Source of the DNA: an uncultured Eubacteriales bacterium
GTDB lineage: Bacteria; Bacillota; Clostridia; TANB77; CAG-508
Direction of reading: 5' to 3'
NCBI GenBank assembly: GCA_949287075.1
Contig: CASEEU010000083.1
Location: forward strand, 3,039 to 67,038
Length of the DNA: 64,000 bases
Every line of letters begins with the position of its first letter. The stretch's first letter is position 1. Position numbers and translations under genes: made by a program. Under the pieces are notes generated by a model. It did no database searches. It was not told where the DNA came from and was given only the letters and a program-made list of their open reading frames with translations. This document shows, piece by piece, positions 45,747-54,299 of the stretch.

Positions 45747-45793
45747 ATAAAAACAGGATAGACCACAACATTCTATCCTGTTTAACAATACTA

Positions 45794-45919
45794 TTATGTA
45801 TTATCTACTTTAATCTTTTTATCTTCTGTATTTGCTTTCGTAGATTTTAATGTTTCAATTTCTTCCTTTTGTTTTAATAATTTATCTACTAGTTGCAAAA
45901 TTAGTTCTGCGTTTGTCAT
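45794..45919 (-). CDS. Small ORF B, 41 aa (MTNAELILQLVDKLLKQKEEIETLKSTKANTEDKKIKVDNT)
   Basis: Not in the ORF track. RBS GGAAAGGGGG lies 8 nt before the ATG. The leader/promoter region (45930-46050) is near-identical to that of ORF A. Terminator hairpin AACAGGATAG...CTATCCTGTT lies at 45752-45782. Confidence 0.5.
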   Translation of the reverse strand: MTNAELILQLVDKLLKQKEEIETLKSTKANTEDKKIKVDNT

Positions 45920-46043
45920 ATGTGCTTCCCCCTTTCCGTTCCTAGGTAAAGAACTGCCTTTTGACAAGAAAGGTTGCTAACATATTACAAGATTTTACAA
46001 TAAAAAACAAGCGAACATAGTAAAAATTTACAATTAATTTTTA

Positions 46044-46763
46044 CTATAAATAGATATATTTTGTTTTGAAAAGTTTTATGAAAAGTTCTTGTAATCTAAT
46101 TGCTTGTTCTTTATCTAATTTCTCATTCGTAAGTTCATTATTAGAAATGATTCTAATTCCAACACAAGGAATTTGAAATTGATTACATACACAATATGTT
46201 CCTATACTTTCCATATCTTCAGAAAGATGATGAAATTGATTTTGTAACCACACAATTCTGTCATATTCTCGATTAAATACATCTCCACTTCCTAATGTTC
46301 CCGTATAAATTGCATTTTCATGATTTGTTTCAAAGAAATCTTTAAAAAGCTTTACTAATTTTTCATCTCCATTTTGTATTTCTTTTCCTCTTTTATTAGG
46401 CTCCCATTCAAAAGGATTAGAAGAATGTCCTTCTTCTTTTGTCGGCATTGAAAAAGCATTAATATTGCAACATTTTTCACCAATAATAATATCACCAATA
46501 TGAATATTTGATTTATGAGCTCCTGCGATTCCTTGGTTAATTACAAAATCTGGGTGAAAAGTCATAATGCCAATAGTGGTAGCAGTAGTGGCATTCACAA
46601 CACCTACTAATGTTTTGGAAATAATAATTTTTGATGTATGAATGTAACCTGTGTAAAATTCATATCCTGCTATTGTATGCTTTTCCTTTTTTTCTAGATG
46701 ATTAATGAAATATTCAACTTCAATATCCATTGCTCCTTGAATTAAAATCGTTTTATTTTTCAT
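46044..46763 (-). CDS. PNP_UDP_1-family nucleosidase (5'-methylthioadenosine/S-adenosylhomocysteine nucleosidase-like)
   Basis: 239 aa. ILIQGAMDIEVEYF at the N-terminus, NQGIAGA, and a SEDMES-type C-terminal motif are typical of MtnN/Pfs-like enzymes. Confidence 0.7.
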   Translation of the reverse strand: MKNKTILIQGAMDIEVEYFINHLEKKEKHTIAGYEFYTGYIHTSKIIISKTLVGVVNATTATTIGIMTFHPDFVINQGIAGAHKSNIHIGDIIIGEKCCNINAFSMPTKEEGHSSNPFEWEPNKRGKEIQNGDEKLVKLFKDFFETNHENAIYTGTLGSGDVFNREYDRIVWLQNQFHHLSEDMESIGTYCVCNQFQIPCVGIRIISNNELTNEKLDKEQAIRLQELFIKLFKTKYIYL

Positions 46764-46961
46764 TTCAAAAATTCCTTTCGTAATAATAATTATATATTCT
46801 TTTTTAGAAATTATAGTGTATCTAATGTTATTTTCATAATAAACTCTTGCATTATTTGATACAATCTAGTTTTTGAAAAATAGCATTTACCATATTTTTA
46901 TTCCTTTTAAAATATTAATATATGAATAAAATAAATTTGTCAATAAAAATATAAAAATGTA

Positions 46962-47021
46962 TTGACAATTGAATAATTATTCAACTATAATAAAGTAAAA
47001 GATAATTGAATATATATTCAA
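46962..47021 (+). promoter_or_regulatory. Promoter with two ArsR/SmtB-type palindromic operators
   Basis: TTGACA (46962-46967) and TATAAT (46986-46991). The perfect palindrome TTGAATAATTATTCAA (46969-46984) lies in the spacer. A second palindrome, TTGAATATATATTCAA (47006-47021), lies downstream. Confidence 0.6.
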
Positions 47022-47044
47022 CTGTATATAGGAAGGAGAAAAAT

Positions 47045-47407
47045 ATGGTTGCAAGAATTGAGACATGTGATTGTAATAGTATTCATCAAGATGTCATTGA
47101 TACAGTAAAAGACCATATGTTATCTGATAAAAAAATAGAAGCATTAGCAAATTTTTATAAAATATTTAGTGATAATACAAAAATAAAAATATTATGGGCA
47201 TTAGATGTTCATGAAATGTGTGTATGTGATTTAGCAGTGTTAACTAATATGACAAAATCAGCAATTTCACATCAACTAAGAGCATTAAAAGAAGCAAATT
47301 TAGTAAAATATAGAAGAGATGGTAAAAATGTATATTATTCATTATCAGATACTTGTACGCGTCATATTATAGAAAATGGTATTTTACACACGATTAATAA
47401 GGAATAA
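47045..47407 (+). CDS. cadC: ArsR/SmtB-family metal-sensing repressor (CadC-like)
   Basis: The ATG at 47045 follows GGAAGGAG. CVCDLAVLTNMTKSAISHQLRALKEANLV (wHTH with a metal-binding CVC) and the N-terminal CDC cysteines are typical of CadC. Confidence 0.8.
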   Translation: MVARIETCDCNSIHQDVIDTVKDHMLSDKKIEALANFYKIFSDNTKIKILWALDVHEMCVCDLAVLTNMTKSAISHQLRALKEANLVKYRRDGKNVYYSLSDTCTRHIIENGILHTINKE

Positions 47408-47476
47408 GACAGAAAGCATACTTTAAGAAAATGAGAAATTGAAAAGTATAGATAAAAAAGGAAGGGATGAAAGTTT

Positions 47477-47698
47477 ATGAAAAAGAATTATATCTTAGAA
47501 GATTTAGATTGTGCAAATTGTGCAGCAAAAATAGAAGAAGGTGTGAAAAAGATTGAAGGTGTTACAGAATGTTCTGTAAGTTTTGTAACAGAAAAAATGA
47601 TTGTAGAAATTGAAGATGGAAAAGAGAAAGAAGTAGAAAAAGAAATAAAAAAAGTAGTTAGAAAAATTGAGCCTGATACAACATTAAGAGAAGCATAG
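47477..47698 (+). CDS. Heavy-metal-associated (HMA) domain protein
   Basis: 73 aa. LDCANCAAKIE is the CxxC metal-binding loop of the HMA fold. Confidence 0.8.
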   Translation: MKKNYILEDLDCANCAAKIEEGVKKIEGVTECSVSFVTEKMIVEIEDGKEKEVEKEIKKVVRKIEPDTTLREA

Positions 47699-47717
47699 AA
47701 AAGAGGTGACAAAATAC

Positions 47718-49580
47718 ATGAAAAAGAGATTAAGAAAAATTATTATAGCAGCTATCATTTTTCTAATAGCTGTTTTCATAGAAAAAATAAATTTTGTTAA
47801 TATTGATGAAAATATGATATTTATCATACAAATTGTATTATATGTATTAAGTTACTTAATTGTTGGATTTGAAGTTGTCAAAAAAGCAGTTGTGAATATT
47901 TTTCATGGAGAGTTTTTTGATGAAAATTTCTTGATGAGTATTGCTACCATTGGTGCTTTTGTGATTAAAGAATTTCCAGAAGCAGTTGCAGTTATGCTAT
48001 TCTATCAAGTAGGAGAATATTTCCAAAGTTATGCAGTAAAAAAATCTAGAAAATCTATTGCCAATTTAATGGATATCAGACCAGATTATGCAAATTTAAA
48101 AGTAAATGGAAATATAGAAAAGAAATCTCCTGAAGAAGTAAACATAGGTGATATCATTGTTGTAAAACCAGGAGAAAAGGTTCCATTAGATGGTATTGTA
48201 ACAGATGGAAAATCTATGTTAGATACCTCAGCATTAACAGGGGAATCTGTTCCAAGAGAAGTAAAAGCAAATGATAATATATTAAGTGGATGTATTAATT
48301 TGAATGGTGTACTAGAAATTAGAGTAGAAAAAGAATTTGGTGAATCAACTGTAAGTAAGATATTAGATTTGGTTGAAAATGCGACAAATAAAAAAGCAAA
48401 AACAGAAAATTTTATTACAAAATTTTCAAAATATTACACACCTATTGTTGTATTTTTAGCTTTAATCATAGCATTTATACCACCAATGATAACCCAAACA
48501 GATATATTAGATTGGGTATATAGAGCACTTACATTTCTAGTGGTATCATGTCCATGTGCTTTAGTTATTTCTGTTCCACTTAGTTTCTTTAGTGGGATTG
48601 GAGCAGCATCTAAAAAAGGAATATTAGTAAAAGGAAGCAATTATTTAGAGCTATTATCTAAAACGGAAATTGCTGTATTTGACAAAACAGGAACTTTAAC
48701 AGAAGGTGTTTTTGATGTACAAAAAGTTATGAATGAAAATGGAGTAGATAAAAACGAATTACTAGAATTGGCAGCATATTGTGAAAGTTATTCAAATCAT
48801 CCGATATCAATGTCTATCCAAAGAGCATATGGAAAAGAAATTGACAAAAACAGAATTATGAATAGTGAAGAAGTAGCAGGAAAAGGAATGATAAGTACAA
48901 TTGATGGAAAAGAAGTCGCTTGTGGAAATACAAAATTAATGGAAATATTAAATATAGAAAATATAAAACAAGTAGACGAAATGGGAACTGTAGTTTATGT
49001 AGCAATTAATAAACAATATGTAGGATATATTTTAATCAGTGATAAAATAAAAGAAGATTCTAAAAAAGCAATTCAAGATTTGAAAAAAGCAGGTGTTAAA
49101 AAGACAGTTATGCTAACAGGAGATAATAAAGATGTAGCAGAAAAAGTAAATCAAGAACTAAAATTAGATATGGTATATAGTGAATTGCTTCCAGTAGATA
49201 AAGTTAATAAAGTAGAAGAATTATTGAAAAATAAAAATGAAGAAGCCAAATTAGCATTTATTGGTGATGGAATTAATGATGCACCAGTATTGGCAAGAGC
49301 AGATATAGGAATTGCTATGGGAGCTTTGGGTTCAGATGCGGCAATTGAGGCAGCAGATGTTGTTATTATGACAGATGAACCATCCAAAATAGCAATTGCT
49401 ATGAAAATTTCAAGAAAAACTTTGAAAATTGTGTATCAAAATATTAGTTTTGCATTAATTGTAAAAATCGGTGTTTTAATATTAAGCGCTTTTGGATTAG
49501 CTTCAATGTGGGCAGCCGTATTTGCCGATGTAGGTGTAACTGTTCTAGCAGTTCTAAATTCATTTAGAGCATTGAAATAA
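47718..49580 (+). CDS. cadA: Heavy-metal (Cd/Zn/Co-type) translocating P1B-type ATPase
   Basis: CPC transmembrane metal site (VVSCPCALV), DKTGTLT phosphorylation site, TGES, and the GDGINDAP hinge. The ATG at 47718 follows AAGAGGTG. The ORF track start at 47706 lies inside the RBS. Confidence 0.9.
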   Translation: MKKRLRKIIIAAIIFLIAVFIEKINFVNIDENMIFIIQIVLYVLSYLIVGFEVVKKAVVNIFHGEFFDENFLMSIATIGAFVIKEFPEAVAVMLFYQVGEYFQSYAVKKSRKSIANLMDIRPDYANLKVNGNIEKKSPEEVNIGDIIVVKPGEKVPLDGIVTDGKSMLDTSALTGESVPREVKANDNILSGCINLNGVLEIRVEKEFGESTVSKILDLVENATNKKAKTENFITKFSKYYTPIVVFLALIIAFIPPMITQTDILDWVYRALTFLVVSCPCALVISVPLSFFSGIGAASKKGILVKGSNYLELLSKTEIAVFDKTGTLTEGVFDVQKVMNENGVDKNELLELAAYCESYSNHPISMSIQRAYGKEIDKNRIMNSEEVAGKGMISTIDGKEVACGNTKLMEILNIENIKQVDEMGTVVYVAINKQYVGYILISDKIKEDSKKAIQDLKKAGVKKTVMLTGDNKDVAEKVNQELKLDMVYSELLPVDKVNKVEELLKNKNEEAKLAFIGDGINDAPVLARADIGIAMGALGSDAAIEAADVVIMTDEPSKIAIAMKISRKTLKIVYQNISFALIVKIGVLILSAFGLASMWAAVFADVGVTVLAVLNSFRALK

Positions 49581-49655
49581 TATAAAATGAGGATGATTTT
49601 ATAGAAAATAAGAAAACAAAAAATCCACATAAAATCAACTTTTCCTATACAATAG

Positions 49656-49835
49656 ACAGAACAACCTATTATGAATTATAAAGATATTTCGGTTCAATAC
49701 AAGCTCTAAGAAAATCTAAAAATCGATTACTGAGCCTCTCCAATGGAATTGCTCCCTCAGTAATCGATTTTAATATTTTCTAAGAACTTTCCAATCACAT
49801 TCAATATCTTTATAATTCATAATAGGTTGTTCTGT
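49656..49835. repeat. ~180 nt long-hairpin (MITE-like) palindromic element
   Basis: The 33 nt terminal arms are perfectly complementary (49656-49688 versus 49803-49835). The inner arms also pair (AAAAATCGATTACTGAG / CTCAGTAATCGATTTTAA). It lies between convergent genes. Confidence 0.75.
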
Positions 49836-49862
49836 TTTATATTAGAAATTTTTATTATTCTT

Positions 49863-50699
49863 TTATTTCACAATTTTAATGAAATTATATTCATATCCTG
49901 AAACAGAAGTATTATCATATTTATATCCTTTATAAATACCACCATCTTCTCCACTTAAATCTACGTTAAGTCTTACAGGACAAATGAATTCTTCATTTAG
50001 ATTATTCACAATATGAATTGTAAGATTTAGAGTATAATTGATATCATTTAAATTAATACCAGCTTCTTGTAATACTTTTCCATTAAAAGAAATAGTATTA
50101 GAATCAGAAGAAGCAGCATAATTTGTGATAATATCTTGATTCATATATTCTAAAGTAATTGGGTTTGAACAATCTGCATAAAAAGTTGGTGCTTCATAAT
50201 CAGTATTATTGTTTTCATCATTTGTATTAACAATATTAAATTCTATTTTATCCCCATCTAATTCGTCAATTTCTTTGTATTTTGCAAAGTCTAAGGCACT
50301 TTTATAATTTACATATTGACGACCTTTGTCAGAATTAGTAGTTACACTAATATTGTCAATATATAATTCTTTTATTGTATTTTCATTTGTAAGGTCATAG
50401 ACAGTACTTGTATTATCTATCGTTATAGCTATATCACTATATTGCAAAATACTTAAATCTTGTAGAGATTCATTTTCACTTTTATCAATTGCGTTGGCAC
50501 TACTATAGATAAGTATTTTTTGAATCTTAAATATAGGGTTTTCATTTTGTTCAGCAATTTTTTCAACCTGAGTTGAAAATTCATCTTTTGCATATGAAGT
50601 TTTAAAAATTAAATCATAATACAAAAATGTTAATACACATAATATTAATATTAAAATTGTAAAAACAATTTTATGATTTTTAATTTTAATTTTTTTCAT
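49863..50699 (-). CDS. Hypothetical exported/membrane-anchored protein
   Basis: 278 aa with an N-terminal signal-anchor (IVFTILILILCVLTFLYY). It lies immediately downstream of the peptidoglycan hydrolase gene. Confidence 0.55.
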   Translation of the reverse strand: MKKIKIKNHKIVFTILILILCVLTFLYYDLIFKTSYAKDEFSTQVEKIAEQNENPIFKIQKILIYSSANAIDKSENESLQDLSILQYSDIAITIDNTSTVYDLTNENTIKELYIDNISVTTNSDKGRQYVNYKSALDFAKYKEIDELDGDKIEFNIVNTNDENNNTDYEAPTFYADCSNPITLEYMNQDIITNYAASSDSNTISFNGKVLQEAGINLNDINYTLNLTIHIVNNLNEEFICPVRLNVDLSGEDGGIYKGYKYDNTSVSGYEYNFIKIVK

Positions 50700-50710
50700 A
50701 ATGACTCCTT

Positions 50711-52207
50711 TTAGCTAAGTCTATTATATAACATTTCCATGTAAGAATATACTTTTGTATGCCAATCTGGATCACTTGCATATCTTTGGTTAACACCTTC
50801 TAAAGTAGGTCCATTATAATACCAAGCACTTGCTGTTTCTCCATCATAGATTTTTGTTCCAGCAGGGTTTAGATAATATTTAACTAATGATTTGGTTACT
50901 GTTTCAATACCATCTGCAAATGAAGTAAATTCAAAAGAGGATTCATAAGGTGTTTCATCATAAGAACCGTAACCAAATAAGTTATTTTTATCATCAGCAA
51001 TTTGTGATGTACCCCATGCACTTTCATGGATAGCAATTGAAGCTATGAAAATACCATTTACATTGTACTTCTTGTCCATGTTATAAAAGACTTCTGCATT
51101 TTCTTCAAAAATTCCATTTGTATCATTTGGTAAGTCTTTAAAGATTTTTTGATAATCTTTTAAAGTTAGACCAGTAGATTTATTTAATTCCATTTCTATA
51201 TTAACATTGATTAAAATTCTTTGAATTCTATTTTTCTCTATGATACTTGGTGTTTTTGCAGGTGATGTTAATACATCTGTTGGTAAATATCCTTCAATAC
51301 TATCAAAAGATACTTTACACCAATCTTCATTTGGTAATTCAAGAAGTTTTACATCTATATATTTTTTGATGTTAGCAACTTCTTCAGAATCTTGGGATGC
51401 TTCTTTTCTTAAGGTTGCATCTTTATTTAAATAAACGGTATCACCAATATGTATATTTAAATCTGCTAAGAAATCTGAAGTTCCTATATCTAAAATTTCA
51501 GGTGTTGGTTCTTCAATGGTTTCTTTTGCTAAAATAATTTCTTCTATAAATTCTCCATTTTCATAAGTCTTTACTAAAGAAACATTTTCTTTTCCCATAA
51601 TACCTTCTTGAAGAACAACTTGTTCTCCTCTTGGAAGTGTTGGATTTTGTTGTGTTTGAATTTCATATTCGATCTCTCTTTCCTCAGAAACTTGTTCTTT
51701 TACTTTTTCAAAACTTGAGTTCTCGGAAATGATTTTTTGCATATTTAAGGCTCTTCTGTTGATTTCAAAATTAGTAGGAATAGATGCTGTTTCTACAACT
51801 TCCTCAGAATCTTTAGAAGTATCTCCTGTTTCAACTGAAAATACATTCATTGGAAATACTGCAATAATTACTAAAACTAAAACAACAAGAACAATTAATA
51901 AATTTGAAAGTTTTATCCCTTTTTTATTATCAAAAGAAACATTAGTACTTTCAATAAAAGAAACTTTAGTTTTAGGCTTAACTGACTTAGAAGTCTTAGT
52001 AGGATTTGTATGTTCAACTTGTTTCTTTGTCTTATTTTCTGAATTAGATATTGAGGCTGTATGTATATTAGCTTTTTGTTTTGTTCTTGTTTTTGATTTC
52101 GTTTTCGTTGTCTCTGAATATCGAATTTCTTGTAACTCTTTAAAAACATCAGACAAATTTCTATTATCTGGTTTGTTGTTCATAGAGTTATTTTTATCAT
52201 TTGACAT
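50711..52207 (-). CDS. Peptidoglycan hydrolase: TM anchor, G5-like and SH3-like domains, C-terminal N-acetylglucosaminidase (GH73-like) domain
   Basis: The start was chosen at MSNDKNN behind GAGGA (the ORF track extends to 52285). The G5-like segment is EIEYEIQTQQNPTLPRGEQVVLQEGIMGKE. The SH3-like segment is DWCKVSFDSIEGYLPTDVL. The glucosaminidase core is FIASIAIHESAWGTS...NNLFGYG. Confidence 0.75.
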   Translation of the reverse strand: MSNDKNNSMNNKPDNRNLSDVFKELQEIRYSETTKTKSKTRTKQKANIHTASISNSENKTKKQVEHTNPTKTSKSVKPKTKVSFIESTNVSFDNKKGIKLSNLLIVLVVLVLVIIAVFPMNVFSVETGDTSKDSEEVVETASIPTNFEINRRALNMQKIISENSSFEKVKEQVSEEREIEYEIQTQQNPTLPRGEQVVLQEGIMGKENVSLVKTYENGEFIEEIILAKETIEEPTPEILDIGTSDFLADLNIHIGDTVYLNKDATLRKEASQDSEEVANIKKYIDVKLLELPNEDWCKVSFDSIEGYLPTDVLTSPAKTPSIIEKNRIQRILINVNIEMELNKSTGLTLKDYQKIFKDLPNDTNGIFEENAEVFYNMDKKYNVNGIFIASIAIHESAWGTSQIADDKNNLFGYGSYDETPYESSFEFTSFADGIETVTKSLVKYYLNPAGTKIYDGETASAWYYNGPTLEGVNQRYASDPDWHTKVYSYMEMLYNRLS

Positions 52208-52440
52208 CTTGATTTCCTCACTTTCATAAAATTCTACACCCCTATTATACAACAACAAAATGAACTTGTCTACAAAAAAAAGCAAAAAAGAGCAAAGTAG
52301 AAAAAATTTCTAAAAATAAATGAATATATCCTTAATTTGCTTGCAAAATCTATAAAATAGTATATAATAGAGACGTAAAGAAAGAGAAGGTAGAAGAATA
52401 TTTAAAGATAGATTTGACTTAGGAAGGAAAGCGAGCAAGC

Positions 52441-53115
52441 ATGAATATAGAAGGAATTGAAAAAGAAATAGGATATACATTTCAAAATAAAGAATTACTA
52501 AAAACAGCATTAACACACACATCTTATGCTTATGAAAAGCATGTCAAGAGTAATGAAAAATTAGAATTTTTAGGAGATAGTATATTAGAATTTTTATCAA
52601 GTAGATATTTATACACGCATTATATAAACTTGAGAGAAGGAGAAATGACAAAGGTTAGGGCAACAGTGGTATGTGAAAGAAGTTTATATAAGGTAGCAAT
52701 GAAACATCATTTTGGAGATTATTTGTTATTAGGAAAATCAGAAAAATTAAGTGGAGGAAATAAAAGACCAGCGATATTAGCAGATAGTGTTGAAGCAGTG
52801 ATAGCTGCTATGTATTTAGATGGTGGATTAGATCCAGTAAATACGTTTATAATTGATAATTTAAAAGAAGAAATTGAACAAGCAAGTAAACATGTAGGAG
52901 ATAAAGACTATAAAACCGTATTGCAAGAAAAATTACAAGAAGCAGGAGATGTGAAAATAGAATATGAAATTATAAAAGAAAGTGGACCAGACCATGATAA
53001 AAGTTTTGAAGCACAAGTCAAATTTAATGGAAAAGTTTTGGCAAAAGGTTCAGGAAAAAGTAAAAAAGGTGCTGAAATGCAAGCTGCGAAAAAAGCTTTA
53101 GAAAATTTAAAATAG
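52441..53115 (+). CDS. rnc: Ribonuclease III
   Basis: 224 aa. The RNase III signature is EKLEFLGDSILEF. A C-terminal dsRBD is present (GPDHDKSFEAQV...GSGKSKKGAEMQAAKKAL). Confidence 0.95.
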   Translation: MNIEGIEKEIGYTFQNKELLKTALTHTSYAYEKHVKSNEKLEFLGDSILEFLSSRYLYTHYINLREGEMTKVRATVVCERSLYKVAMKHHFGDYLLLGKSEKLSGGNKRPAILADSVEAVIAAMYLDGGLDPVNTFIIDNLKEEIEQASKHVGDKDYKTVLQEKLQEAGDVKIEYEIIKESGPDHDKSFEAQVKFNGKVLAKGSGKSKKGAEMQAAKKALENLK

Positions 53116-53130
53116 AAAAGAGGTAAATCT

Positions 53131-54222
53131 ATGAAACATCAATATATCATACCGATATTTGTACCACATTTAGGATGTCCTAATGATTGCATTTTTTGTA
53201 ATCAAAAATCTATCAGTGGCCAAAAAAAGAATATGACAAAGGAAGAAGTAAAAAAAATAATAGATGATTACCTAGTAAATATAAAAGATAAAGAAGCACA
53301 AATTGAAATTGCCTTTTTTGGAGGAAGTTTTACAGCAATAGAAGAAAATTTACAAAATGAATTATTAGAACTAGCATATGGATATGTAAAAAATGGAAGA
53401 GCCGAAAGTATAAGAATATCTACGAGACCAGACTGTATTAACAAAGAGATTTTAAAAAGATTAAAAAAATATAAAGTAAAAACAATTGAATTAGGTGTAC
53501 AATCTTCAAATGATTATATCTTAAAAAGAGCTAATAGAGGACATACATTTCAAGATGTAAAAAAAGCATCAAGATTAATCCGATTTTATGGCTTCAAATT
53601 AGGACATCAAATGATGGTGGGATTACCAGAAAGTACAAGAATTGATGAAATTAATACAGCAAAAGCACTAATAAAATTAAAACCTAAAATGGTCAGAATT
53701 TATCCAGTATTAGTCGTAAAAAATACAAAACTAGAAAAAGAATATACAGAAGGTATTTATGAACCATTACCATTACCACAAGCAATTGAAACTTGTAAGG
53801 AATTGGTTAGAATGTTTGCAGATAAAAAAATTGATATTATTAGAGTGGGATTGCAAAATACAGATGAAATTGCAGATCCTGGTAAAGAAAAAAGCGAAGT
53901 TGTAGCAGGACCATATCATCCAGCATTCAGACAATTGGTGGAATCAGCTATGTGGTATGATGCCATTGTTGGAAAAATTAAAAAATTAAATGTAAAAGTA
54001 AAAGAAGTAGAAGTGAAAGTAAATCCAATTGATGCTAATAATGTAATTGGACACAAAAAAGAAAATGTTAAAAAATTAAAAGAATATTATGATGTGGATT
54101 TAGTTTTAAAACAAGATGAATCAATTAAACAAGGAAAGTCTAAAATTGAAGTAACCAAAACATTTAAAGATTTTGCTTATGAAGAAAGAGAAGAAGAGAA
54201 AAAAGAAGTAAGCAAAAAATAA
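53131..54222 (+). CDS. Radical SAM protein (ELP3/HemN-like family)
   Basis: 363 aa. CPNDCIFC (CX3CX2C) lies near the N-terminus, with a GGSFT glycine-rich SAM motif. Confidence 0.8.
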   Translation: MKHQYIIPIFVPHLGCPNDCIFCNQKSISGQKKNMTKEEVKKIIDDYLVNIKDKEAQIEIAFFGGSFTAIEENLQNELLELAYGYVKNGRAESIRISTRPDCINKEILKRLKKYKVKTIELGVQSSNDYILKRANRGHTFQDVKKASRLIRFYGFKLGHQMMVGLPESTRIDEINTAKALIKLKPKMVRIYPVLVVKNTKLEKEYTEGIYEPLPLPQAIETCKELVRMFADKKIDIIRVGLQNTDEIADPGKEKSEVVAGPYHPAFRQLVESAMWYDAIVGKIKKLNVKVKEVEVKVNPIDANNVIGHKKENVKKLKEYYDVDLVLKQDESIKQGKSKIEVTKTFKDFAYEEREEEKKEVSKK

Positions 54223-54299
54223 AGAGAGAACAAAAGGAATATGAAATAGAATAAAATCACCTGAAATTACCAATACTAGTAATAAAGGTGATTTTTATT

